A DNA stretch of 64,000 nucleotides from Leptonemataceae bacterium (GCA_965227295.1 OZ245742.1:5120001-5184000); one strand, 5' to 3'; shown: positions 28,950 to 38,395, counted from the first letter of the stretch. The notes: a model not told the origin generated them from the letters alone. A program made the numbers and translations.

Positions 28950-29006
28950 CTAAAACTCGACTGCCGGAACTGCTTGCAACTTGACCCCGCGCATTTAATC
29001 AAGCGC

Positions 29007-29708
29007 ATGCCCGAAGAACCACAGTCGCCCAATCCCTACGCTGCGCCGGAAGTGCCGACGCATGTCGCCGTGAACGAGGAGAATTATCCGGACGCGGAGT
29101 GGATGCATCTCATCACCAACCCGCGGCGATTCTTTCAGCATCTCAAGAAGTTTCGGCATCAGAACGGTGTCGTCCTGGTCTTCATCTGGGTCGTGGGCAT
29201 GGCCGGTGTCATCGATCGGCTTTCGGCTCAGACCGCCCGGGGGCGCAGCTTCGATTTTATGATGGATGATTGGGGCGCGTTCTGGTTGGCCGTGAGCGTC
29301 GGCGGTATCGTCGCCGGCGCGGTGGACTGGCTCATCGGCGGGTTCTTGTTTCACATTCGCGTCTCCTGGGCCGGCGATCCGCAGCGCGACAAAACCGACG
29401 CGCGTCTTATTTACATCTTCACCTCGGCGTTGATCGCCGTGCCGACGCTTGCGCTGACCGCCCTGGAAACGGCGACCTATGCAAGCTATCGCGAGTCCTT
29501 CGACTTCGAAGACATCGATGCGATGTATTTGTTGTACCTGTTCGTCTTCGCCGGTATGTTCTATTCACTTTATGTTAGCTACAAGGGTGTGATGGAACGA
29601 TTTCAGGTGAATCCGCGCCTCACGGCGTTGTGGTTTCTGATTCTACCGGGCCTGCTGTACGGAGGTGTGGCCGTTGCCACATTCGCCGTGGCCCTGACGA
29701 TGATGTAA
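29007..29708 (+). CDS. Yip1-like membrane protein, paralog 2
   Basis: NPYAAP, WMHLITNPRRFF; about 5 TM helices. Confidence 0.75.
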   Translation: MPEEPQSPNPYAAPEVPTHVAVNEENYPDAEWMHLITNPRRFFQHLKKFRHQNGVVLVFIWVVGMAGVIDRLSAQTARGRSFDFMMDDWGAFWLAVSVGGIVAGAVDWLIGGFLFHIRVSWAGDPQRDKTDARLIYIFTSALIAVPTLALTALETATYASYRESFDFEDIDAMYLLYLFVFAGMFYSLYVSYKGVMERFQVNPRLTALWFLILPGLLYGGVAVATFAVALTMM

Positions 29709-29732
29709 GCGACAGGGCGAACACGGAACCGA

Positions 29733-30797
29733 GACGAAGACGCCGTTCCGGTGCGCGCCCCACATATCCCCGGCATGACCTCCGACCGTAAGCTGGAACC
29801 AGCTGTACCCACAAAAGTGTTAATCCAAACTGGCCTTAACTTACATCACGATCCGGGGCGTGCTCGAACGAATAAAGATTTCCGGTAGTTCAAGAGCTGT
29901 GGTTCGCGGCGTTTGCCGGGATGAAAATGAAGTAAGTCGCAGTATAGTGAAGGGGATCTTCTGGCTACGGCTGAGCGGGAGTTGTGGTGATTCGTTTTGT
30001 TAAGATTGTCCGCCTCGACCCGGACGTCGATTTGTAACTCAGCTACCGTAGTGTTTCTTGCGAAGAAGACGCCGTTCCGGTGCGCCTTACCACATTCCCC
30101 GGCATGACCTCCGCTCGTTAGCTGGAACCAGCCGTACCCATAAAAGTGTAAATCCAAACTGGCCGCAACGTACACCACGATTCGGGGCGTGTTCGAATGC
30201 ATAAAAAGTTCCCGGTAGTCCAGGAGCTTTGGTTCGCGGCGTTTGCCGTAAGACACAGCAGGTAAGTTGCGCAATGGTTAAGGGTTTGATTTGGCTACGG
30301 CTCGCAGGAGTTGTGGACTTTCGTTTTGTTAAGAATGCTGCATTCGACCCGGACGTTGGTTTGCGACTGCTTTACCGCAGCGTTTCTTCCGACGAAGACG
30401 CCGTTCCAGTGCGCGCCCCACATATCCCCGGCATGACCTCCGTGGGTGGGGAACAACTGCCGCGGCCACGACAAGCGTGGCCTTGCCCCTGGAACCAGCC
30501 GTACCCATAAGAGGATTAATTTACGTTGGCCGCCACTTACACCACGATTCGGGGCGTGTGCGAATTACCCGAGCGTTTCCGGTAGTTCAAGAGCTGTGGT
30601 TCGCGGCGTTTGCCGTGAGACACACAAGGTAAATTGCTCAATGGTGAGGGGCTTGATTCGGCTACGGCTCGCAGGAGTTGTGGATTTTCGTTTTGCAAAG
30701 ACAGTCCGCCAGTGGGGAACCAACTGCCGCGGCCCCAACAAGCGGGGCCTTGCCGACACCGGACGTTGGTCTGTGACTCTGCTATCATAGCGTTTCC
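29733..30797 (+). repeat. Array 2 of the ~330-bp repeat family (about 3 units, two nested hairpin inserts)
   Basis: CCGGTAG at 29882, 30212, 30579 (periods 330 and 367). Confidence 0.95.
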
Positions 30798-30881
30798 CGC
30801 AGCGAGTTTGCGGCTCACAACTGAGTCCGAACGGCCCAACATCGGCGTTGACAGTTTTGCAGATCCGAGCAGAAATTTACC

Positions 30882-31684
30882 ATGCGCCTGAAAGTGGAAC
30901 CGATTGAGATCGATCCAAACGATCCGTTCGAAAAGGACGCTCTGGAACGCAAGAAAAGCGCCGAAATTCTTACCACCTTTGTTCAATCTCTCGATACCAG
31001 CGCCGTACTTGCGATCGACTCGCCGATAGTTAGTGAAGCGCCTGGTGCCGGCCGCGATTAAAGTTGGATCCGCAGGCATCATTGATCTAAATGACAGGGA
31101 TCTTGAAAAGGTGCTGGAAAAAGCCGTCGGTGAAATGGGAGCTGCTTACGCAGAAGAACTCTTCAAAAATTATGAGGAGTCAAAGAAGGCGTTTACACAA
31201 TTCAGGGAATCCCTGGCGAAGTTCGTTCAGGAATTGCAGGGAGATGCCAGGAATGCGGCCCCCTCGTATTCTTCATCGATGAACTGGATCGCTGTCGGCC
31301 GAACTATGCCGCGATTCATCGATTTTGAGTACAGGTTGCATCCGGGGAATCGCATGAACTTCATGACGTTTCTCATGGCACGATACGACCTCGATCGCTA
31401 CATCGGTGAAGACCGAGCCGAAGTTCATACGGGATGCCGTGCAAGGACTCGGTCTCCGATCCAACCTCTGGACGAAAGCAGCCCGTCCGGTATTCGAGCC
31501 CGCCGAACGAAAAGAACTGATCGCTCAACTGTACAAAACCATTGAGTTCGCCGCCCGCTTCACGGACAACAGGAGCACACAGCAGGCCACGGAGAACGAT
31601 TCCACTTTTGAATCACCGTACGCCGGTTATGGCCGCCCCGCCTGGCCGGGTGATATTCCGCCGCAAGACGGCGGTTTACTCTAA
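30882..31684 (+). pseudogene. KAP-family P-loop NTPase remnant
   Basis: MRLKVEPIEIDPNDPFEKDALER...VLAIDSP breaks just before the expected Walker A; PLVFFIDELDRCRPNYA (Walker B) out of frame near 31260; RFIDFEYRL follows directly. Confidence 0.8.
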
Positions 31685-31729
31685 AAAAACTCTGGGCCTT
31701 CTGCGCCTCCGTATTAGAAAGAGTACGCC

Positions 31730-33553
31730 ATGAAATTCGCGAAGTACATCGTCGGCACCCTCCTCGTCATCACCATCGTCCTCACGCTGCTGTACATCCT
31801 GCTCCCCTTCGGTCCACGCGATCCCATGAAGTACGACGATCCCGCGCAAAAGAGCCGGCCGCTCGCCGAGGGCACGGAGTACATGGTCGTCACCGGCATG
31901 CCTTACGCCACGCGCGCGGCAACGGAGGTTCTGGAAAACGGCGGCAACGCCTTCGATGCGGCGGTGGCCGGTTTACTCATGCTGAACGTCGTCTCGGGCG
32001 AAGCCGCGTCTTTCCCCGGCATAGCGCCGATCATAATCTACGATGCAAAGACACAATCTGTGCACAGTTACACCGGTGCCGGGACGGCTCCCGCCGCGGC
32101 CAGCATCGAGGCCTTCGCGGAGCGCGGGCATACCGAAGTCATGCCCGATCTTTCCATCCTCTCGCAACTCGTGCCCGCATCGCCGGATGTAATCATCGCC
32201 TTACTCAAAGACTACGGCACCATGTCCTTCGAGCAGGTCTCCGCGGCAGCGATCGAAACGGCGCGTGAGGGATTTCCGGTGCATCACATCATGCATCAAA
32301 ACCTGAACTTCTCCATCATCGACCGCGTGGGATTTTCCGTACTGCTCTCCTACAATTCCGAAGTCTATCTCAAAGGCCAGGTCTGGCGGCCGCTGCACTA
32401 CAAAGATCGGTTTACGCGACCGGACCTGGCGCGCACGCTTTCGGAGATGGCGCAGGCCGAGCGTGATGCGCGATCCGCCGGCGATTCGCGCAGTGCCGGC
32501 CTCGATGCGGTGCGGCGACACTTTTACGAAGGGCCGATCGCCGAAAAGATCATCGCGCTGCACCGCAGCCAGGGCGGCCTCATGAACGCGAAAGACCTCG
32601 CCGACTATCGCGGTTCCCTGGAAGAGCCGCTGCAATACACGTTTCGCGCGCCGTCGGGAAATTATACGATCTACACAAACGAAACCTGGAGCCAGGGCAT
32701 CGCGTTCTTGATGATGCTGAACATGATCCAGGCCTACGGCCCGGAGCGCCTGCGCGAGCTCGGTCGCAACTCGGCCGAATACGTGCACACCCTGGCGCAA
32801 ATCATAGACCTGGCCATGGCCGATCGGGACGCCTTCGCCGGCGACCCGCGCTTCGTCGACGTGCCTGTCAAACATCTACTCAGCCTAACGTACGCACAAA
32901 AACGATTAGAGCAACGCGGCAAAGCGGCCTTTCCGGAATTGCCGTCCGCCGGAGTACCGCGCGGGGTCGCGCCGGGCAAAGATACCTCGTACCTGGCCGT
33001 CGTGGATCGCGCGGGGAACGCCGTATCATTGACTCCCAGCGATTTTCCGAAGTCCCCCATGGTGCCGGGCACCGGTCTCACCCTCGGCAACCGCATGATC
33101 CAGTTCCGCCTGGATCCGGAGTCCCCCAACGCCCTCGCCCCGGGCAAACGTCCGCGGGTGACGCCGCATGCCCTCATGGCAAAACGCAACGGCGAGTTCT
33201 ACATGGCCTTCGGCACGCCGGGCGGTGACATGCAGACCCAGGCCAATCTTCAGTTCCTCCTGAACCACGTACTGTTCGGCCTCGATGCGCAGGCGGCCGT
33301 GGAAGCGCCGCGCTTTCGTTCCCGTAATTTTCCGGACAGCTTCGCCCCGCACGAGATGCGACCGTCCGGCCTGGACCTCGAAGCGGAGCTGCATGCGAAG
33401 ATCGCCGGAGAGGTAAGTGCCTTAAGTTACGATGTACAGAAGTTTGATAAGTGGCTGAATCATTTCGGCGGCGTCGGCGCGGTCATTCGCAACGGCGGCA
33501 AGCTCTACGGCGCCGCCGATCCGCGCGAAGGAACCTGGGCGGCCGGAAAATAA
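31730..33553 (+). CDS. ggt: Gamma-glutamyltransferase family protein, membrane-anchored
   Basis: GGNAFDAAVA, DTSYLAVVD..GNAVS, APGKRP, GTPGG, GAADPR. Confidence 0.88.
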   Translation: MKFAKYIVGTLLVITIVLTLLYILLPFGPRDPMKYDDPAQKSRPLAEGTEYMVVTGMPYATRAATEVLENGGNAFDAAVAGLLMLNVVSGEAASFPGIAPIIIYDAKTQSVHSYTGAGTAPAAASIEAFAERGHTEVMPDLSILSQLVPASPDVIIALLKDYGTMSFEQVSAAAIETAREGFPVHHIMHQNLNFSIIDRVGFSVLLSYNSEVYLKGQVWRPLHYKDRFTRPDLARTLSEMAQAERDARSAGDSRSAGLDAVRRHFYEGPIAEKIIALHRSQGGLMNAKDLADYRGSLEEPLQYTFRAPSGNYTIYTNETWSQGIAFLMMLNMIQAYGPERLRELGRNSAEYVHTLAQIIDLAMADRDAFAGDPRFVDVPVKHLLSLTYAQKRLEQRGKAAFPELPSAGVPRGVAPGKDTSYLAVVDRAGNAVSLTPSDFPKSPMVPGTGLTLGNRMIQFRLDPESPNALAPGKRPRVTPHALMAKRNGEFYMAFGTPGGDMQTQANLQFLLNHVLFGLDAQAAVEAPRFRSRNFPDSFAPHEMRPSGLDLEAELHAKIAGEVSALSYDVQKFDKWLNHFGGVGAVIRNGGKLYGAADPREGTWAAGK

Positions 33554-33579
33554 TCCGGCTCACTCCGCTCCGGCCGGCC

Positions 33580-33960
33580 TTACTTCGGATGAACCTTCTG
33601 AATCACGACGAGGTCCGCCGGCACCTCCTCTGCCTTGATGTCCGCCCAGGAACGGCCGCCGTCGTAACTGACCTTGAAGTCCACTTCACTTTTGTAACCG
33701 TTCGGAACGTTGCCGCGCCGGCTCTGAAGTATCGCAAGATACAACGCTTCCGCTTCCGCCGGCTGTTCCGTTCCGGCCGGACACTGTAGCTCCACGTGAA
33801 ACTCAAAGCTCGTATCGTTTTGTGAATGATAGGGATGCCCCGAGTAGTACATCCAGGTGCCGTGACCCACGTGCACGCGCTCTGCATCTCGCCCCGGATC
33901 GACAAAGATGTCGTACTTACCGTACAGGGCTTCGCGATCCTTTTCGATGATGATCTTCAC
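33580..33960 (-). CDS. Hypothetical protein
   Basis: 126-aa ORF whose ATG overlaps the regulator stop. Confidence 0.6.
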   Translation of the reverse strand: MKIIIEKDREALYGKYDIFVDPGRDAERVHVGHGTWMYYSGHPYHSQNDTSFEFHVELQCPAGTEQPAEAEALYLAILQSRRGNVPNGYKSEVDFKVSYDGGRSWADIKAEEVPADLVVIQKVHPK

Positions 33961-35609
33961 TTGACGCGCACCTCGGTTACGTATTCGACTCCCAGCGTTC
34001 GCAGCTGATAGTCCAGCGTCTGCGGGCTGATACCGAGCAACTCCGCCGCCTTGCGTTTGTTGCCGGCGCTCTGCTTCAGCGCGCGCAGGATCATGGCTTT
34101 TTTGTAGTCATCGACGCGCTCTTTGAAATCCAGGGGGAACGTCGTCTCCGGAGCGAGTCCTTCGCCAGGCGACAAATCTCCGGGAACCGATGCCGGTGAC
34201 GCATTGCCGCGCAGACGCTCCAGATCGATGCGTCCCACGTCGGACACATCCAGGATCTCCGAGTTTACCCCGGCCATGCTTCGAATCAACACGTTTTGCA
34301 GCTCACGCACGTTACCCGGCCACGCGTAGCCCTGAAGAATCCTTAACAATTCTGGAGAAAGACTTTGTACCTTCGATCCCAACGCCCGGGCCTCGCTGCG
34401 GATGATGTGATCCGCGAGACCGCTTAAATCTTCCCGGCGCCGACGCAGGGGCGGCAACAGAATCTGGAACACCGAAATACGATAAAACAAGTCTTCGCGA
34501 AAATTGCCGCGGCGCACTTCCTCTTCGAGATTGCGGTTGGTCGCGAATAAGAACCGACAGCGGGCGCGTTGATTGCGCTCGGAACCGATGGGACGATAGC
34601 TGCCGTCTTGCAAAAGCCGCAGCAGCTTACCCTGCATGGACGCCGGCATCTCCCCGATCTCGTCGAAGAAAAGACAGCCCCCGGCGGCCTGCTCAATGAA
34701 ACCGCGATGCGAACGCCGGGCATCCGTAAAGGCCCCCTTGCGATAGCCGAAGACCTCGGCCTCCCACAAAGACTCCGGGATCGCGGCGCAGTTCACGGCC
34801 GTGAACTCCCCGTCCTTCGACAAAGTTCTTGCCACTAACTCTTTACCGGTACCGGTTTCCCCTTGAATCAAGACCGGGTAATCATGCTCCGCCCATTCCC
34901 GCACCTGCGCCAGCACCCGGGCCATCCGCCGCCCGCGATAGACCAAACCGGACGGCGTGGACCGGACGCGCCGCTCCGCCTGCCTGCCTCCCGGCGCGCC
35001 CAGGTAGGTCGTGAGCCGGTCCAGCTCCGCCGCACTCGTGCGTTGCCAGGCCTCCAACTGCCATTGAAAATAAAAGTTACGCAGGATCACCGCCAGCGGA
35101 CGGCGCAGTTCTTCCACCCGGGCGAGGACCGCGGCCGCCCTGCCCGCGGTTTCGCCGGCAAACAAAAAACCGGCGATCTCTCCGCGTAGAATGAGCGGCA
35201 CGGAGTAACGATAGCCTCGATCGCCGAAGGCGCGCAGTTGAACCTCGAAGCTGCGTGCGATCTGCGGATAGCCCGCGAACTCAGCACGCCCCACCAACGA
35301 ACTGCGCTTCAGGTCCTCGATGTCCAGCATACGCTCGAACAGCGGACGCAGTCGGGGATGGATGGGGCGTCCGGCCCGCGGCAGGATCGGCCCCGGAAAC
35401 GGCAGAATCCCCCGGCGCAGTTGTTCTTTACCGCCCGAGCGTTTCGGAAGGTCCAGCGACGTAAAGGCCAGACGTCGGTGACGATCGAAGGCGGTGAGAA
35501 AGAGACGATGGAACGGAAGCTCCCGGGCAAGCCGCCGCACGAGAATATCGAGGAGCTCACCGGCCTCCCCCGGATGATCCAGGACTTCGGGCTCGAAGAG
35601 GTAGTTCAT
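33957..35609 (-). CDS. Sigma-54-dependent activator (GAF-like, AAA+, Fis HTH)
   Basis: GETGTGKE, GAFTDA, FFDEIGE, WPGNVREL, C-terminal AAELLGIS. Confidence 0.92.
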   Translation of the reverse strand: MNYLFEPEVLDHPGEAGELLDILVRRLARELPFHRLFLTAFDRHRRLAFTSLDLPKRSGGKEQLRRGILPFPGPILPRAGRPIHPRLRPLFERMLDIEDLKRSSLVGRAEFAGYPQIARSFEVQLRAFGDRGYRYSVPLILRGEIAGFLFAGETAGRAAAVLARVEELRRPLAVILRNFYFQWQLEAWQRTSAAELDRLTTYLGAPGGRQAERRVRSTPSGLVYRGRRMARVLAQVREWAEHDYPVLIQGETGTGKELVARTLSKDGEFTAVNCAAIPESLWEAEVFGYRKGAFTDARRSHRGFIEQAAGGCLFFDEIGEMPASMQGKLLRLLQDGSYRPIGSERNQRARCRFLFATNRNLEEEVRRGNFREDLFYRISVFQILLPPLRRRREDLSGLADHIIRSEARALGSKVQSLSPELLRILQGYAWPGNVRELQNVLIRSMAGVNSEILDVSDVGRIDLERLRGNASPASVPGDLSPGEGLAPETTFPLDFKERVDDYKKAMILRALKQSAGNKRKAAELLGISPQTLDYQLRTLGVEYVTEVRVK

Positions 35610-35644
35610 ACGATACTTTTGATAAAATCTTATTAATTGTATAC

Positions 35645-35662
35645 TGTCAAAATATTTTTACA
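35645..35662. promoter_or_regulatory. Candidate enhancer/operator palindrome
   Basis: TGTCAA-N6-TTTACA, one mismatch to the TyrR-type TGTAAA-N6-TTTACA. Confidence 0.4.
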
Positions 35663-35701
35663 TTGGATCGGCGCACAGGGTCTTTTCGGCAATGTCTGCG
35701 C

Positions 35702-35717
35702 GGGCACGAGAATTGCT
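35702..35717 (+). promoter_or_regulatory. Sigma-54 -24/-12 promoter for the Rieske operon
   Basis: GGGCACGAGAATTGCT = GGCAC-N5-TTGC. Confidence 0.75.
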
Positions 35718-35728
35718 TTTCGTTCGGC

Positions 35729-36070
35729 ATGGACCTGCATGCATACCGGCTCCCCGAAGCAACGGGGGCCTTTCGAGTCATCGAGGAAGGCGGGCGCTCT
35801 TACATTCTGGTACGGGACGCACAGGGGCGACCGCGCTGTTTTTTGAACCAGTGTCGCCACCGCGGTGCGCGCCTGGAAAACCGGGAGTCCGGAGTCACCC
35901 GGGTGTTCGTCTGCCCGTATCATGCCTGGAGCTACGATACGAACGGGACGTTGCGCAATCTGCCGTACAAAGAATGCTTTACCGAACTCGACTTCACGGA
36001 GTTGAACCTGATCGAGACCGCGGACTTCGCCGAAAGAGAAGCTCCGGCGTCGGCGAAGGAGCCCGCATGA
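35729..36070 (+). CDS. Stand-alone Rieske [2Fe-2S] domain protein
   Basis: NQCRHRG and CPYHAWSY. Confidence 0.85.
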   Translation: MDLHAYRLPEATGAFRVIEEGGRSYILVRDAQGRPRCFLNQCRHRGARLENRESGVTRVFVCPYHAWSYDTNGTLRNLPYKECFTELDFTELNLIETADFAEREAPASAKEPA

Positions 36071-37032
36071 AGTTCTTCGAAGAAGACCGCGCCCTGGAGT
36101 TTTGCCGCTCCCCACATCGTCCGGAGCTGCCGCCGTCGGCTCGTTTCGATGTCCGCCGTTACGTCGACGCGAGTCGATTCGAACGGGAACGCCGGCGCGT
36201 CTTCGCGCATCACCCCGTGATGGCCCTGCACGCCTCCGAACTTCCCGTCGATGGTGTCGTAGAAACGGCGGTCAGCGGACAGGACGTCCGACTGCGGCGC
36301 GTGGCGGAGTCGCCCGGGGTCGAGGCCCGGAACGCAGACGGGCAACGGATCGCGGCGCTGATCCGCTATGGTTTCGTATGGCTGTACGCCGGCGAACTTG
36401 ACGACGCCACGATCGATGCGCACCTGGGCGAACTGCTCACCACGGATTTACGCGCCGCCGGCACGGAAACATTGCGGGTTTTCGCAGTAACTTCTACTGA
36501 TTGGAACTTTAACTGGAAGCTGGCCGTTGAAGCCGCTCTCGAAAGTTATCACTTTCGCATCGCCCATGCAAAGACCATCGGCGGGGCCTTCGACGATCAA
36601 TCCGCCTGCCTCAGTCAGAGCCGACTGCACCACCGCGCCGTGATCCCGCGCAACGGAGTCTCCGCAAAAAACAAACGCCTGCGGGACCGGGCCTTCGTAA
36701 CGTATAACGTTTTCCCGAACTCCCTGTTTTTCGTAAACCGGCGCCACTGCGACTGGCTGCGCGTGATTCCTCTGTCCGTGAATCGCAGCCGTTTGTCCAT
36801 CGCCACCCTGGTCCCGGCAAGCGTGCCGGACACCCCGCGGGCCCGCGAGTATTTCCGGAGCAATCATGAATTTACGTGCGAGATCGTACGGGAGGACTCG
36901 GCGATCAATCTGTCCCAGCAAAAAAACTTCGCGGCCAACCCGGAGATACCGGTCTATTTCGGCGGCCTCGAGGGCGGCCTCACGACCTTCAATCGATGCA
37001 TCGACGCCATGCTTGAGCTCAGAACGCCTTAA
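36067..37032 (+). CDS. Ring-hydroxylating oxygenase alpha-subunit catalytic domain lacking Rieske ligands
   Basis: RFERERRRVF, NWKLAVE, ESYHFRIAH, IVRED; GGAG RBS and ATGA overlap. Confidence 0.8.
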   Translation: MKFFEEDRALEFCRSPHRPELPPSARFDVRRYVDASRFERERRRVFAHHPVMALHASELPVDGVVETAVSGQDVRLRRVAESPGVEARNADGQRIAALIRYGFVWLYAGELDDATIDAHLGELLTTDLRAAGTETLRVFAVTSTDWNFNWKLAVEAALESYHFRIAHAKTIGGAFDDQSACLSQSRLHHRAVIPRNGVSAKNKRLRDRAFVTYNVFPNSLFFVNRRHCDWLRVIPLSVNRSRLSIATLVPASVPDTPRAREYFRSNHEFTCEIVREDSAINLSQQKNFAANPEIPVYFGGLEGGLTTFNRCIDAMLELRTP

Positions 37033-37927
37033 GATTCGCGAAAACGTTCTTAATTTTTGCAAGCAGGCGTTCCGGCGCGCGCAACCGGCGGTTCGTGCGA
37101 AAGATCACCGCGAGACGTTCGATGCGTTCGGTTTCTTCCAGGGCCGCTTCGCTTAATGTCAGGCGAACGTCACTTTGCCGCTGAAGCACGCCGACGCCCT
37201 CCTCCCGGGGCACCGCCCGGCCGAGCTCCGCCGCGTAACGCAGATACGGTTCGTAGCCGCGCTGTTGTTTCGCGTAGGCGATGCGACGATCACAGCGGCA
37301 GGGATTCTTCGCGTTCATGAGGCCGCAATGATCCTCCAGAAAACTCCCCAGTCGCTGCCGGGCCCGCGCGAGTCGCTGGCGATAGGCGTCGGCCGTGATG
37401 CCGAGCACCTCCGCGGCCTCGGGCCCTTTCATGGCGAAGACCTCGCCGAGCAAAAAGGCCATACGCCCCTCACGATCCAGGCAGGCCAGCATCGCATGGG
37501 TGCACGCGGCCTTCACGTTCTCCGCGAGATCGTTCAGTTCCTCACCGTCTTCGAGGGCCAGCAGCGCCGGGTCCTCACTGCCCGCCCGCAGTTCACCGGC
37601 GATGTCCTCGAAGGAAACGCCGGCACGCTCAAAGCGAGTGCGCCGGGTCTTCTTTGCGTCGATGAGATAGTTCACCGCGATGCGATGCGCCCAGGTGGAA
37701 AACGCGCTCTTGAACTCGAACTGATTCAGATGCAACACGATCTTCAGTAAGATTTCCTGCGTCGCATCCTCGGCATCTTCCGGATGCCACAGAAACTTTT
37801 GCGCGAGATTGTAGACGCGCTCCTGGATCGAAGCGACGATGCTTTCGAGGGCCTCCAGGTCGCCGCGATGCAACGCGCGGTCGATCCAGTCGGCGTAAGT
37901 TTCGTTGGATGGTTCTTTAAGATTCAT
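37019..37927 (-). CDS. ECF sigma factor with a Cys-containing C-terminal extension
   Basis: DAEDATQE, FSTWAHRIA, region 4 EAAEVLGI..RQRLARAR, then HCGLMNAKNPCRC. Confidence 0.88.
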   Translation of the reverse strand: MNLKEPSNETYADWIDRALHRGDLEALESIVASIQERVYNLAQKFLWHPEDAEDATQEILLKIVLHLNQFEFKSAFSTWAHRIAVNYLIDAKKTRRTRFERAGVSFEDIAGELRAGSEDPALLALEDGEELNDLAENVKAACTHAMLACLDREGRMAFLLGEVFAMKGPEAAEVLGITADAYRQRLARARQRLGSFLEDHCGLMNAKNPCRCDRRIAYAKQQRGYEPYLRYAAELGRAVPREEGVGVLQRQSDVRLTLSEAALEETERIERLAVIFRTNRRLRAPERLLAKIKNVFANLKAF

Positions 37928-37956
37928 CTCAGCGTGCAACCACCGGGGCGCAGACT

Positions 37957-38337
37957 TCAGTCTTTCTTCCCGGCGAGTAACGTCAACACCAGCGCCACGA
38001 GGGCCGGACCGCCCTGGGTAAACAGGATCGAAAACTTGGCCGTGGCCCCGCCGACGATACCGGCGACAATCACACAGAGCAAGAAAAACATCGTGTTCTT
38101 GTATGCGTGGGCGCGATCCGCAATGAAATACAGGGCCCAGAATAGCCCGGCCGCCAGGAATCCGTTGTAGAGGCCCTGATTGAACGCGAGGGTCGCGGAA
38201 ATCGCGGCCTGCTCGGCGGTCATTTTAAAGATTTTCAGACCCCACTCCGGCGATTCCCACAGGAACATTTCCAGGATCATAATAAATACGTGCTCCACGG
38301 CGACCAGGGTCGCGAAGACTTTTGCTGCGATTTTCAT
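37957..38337 (-). CDS. DUF1304 family membrane protein
   Basis: EH.FIMILEMF.W and LAFNQGLYNGFLAAGL. Confidence 0.85.
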   Translation of the reverse strand: MKIAAKVFATLVAVEHVFIMILEMFLWESPEWGLKIFKMTAEQAAISATLAFNQGLYNGFLAAGLFWALYFIADRAHAYKNTMFFLLCVIVAGIVGGATAKFSILFTQGGPALVALVLTLLAGKKD

Positions 38338-38365
38338 AGCTATACTTCCGTTCAGTTTTAACGGA

Positions 38366-38395
38366 TTAGACCGGGGCCGACCGGCGACTGTGACA
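38366..38395 (-). promoter_or_regulatory. ECF-type promoter for the DUF1304-sigma operon
   Basis: Minus strand TGTCACA-N17-GTCTAA, about 30 bp before the ATG. Confidence 0.6.

Noticed and set aside
29733..30797. DGR template/variable repeat interpretation
   Set aside because: Conserved blocks keep both A and T, variation is not adenine-restricted on either strand, and there is no reverse transcriptase in the window.
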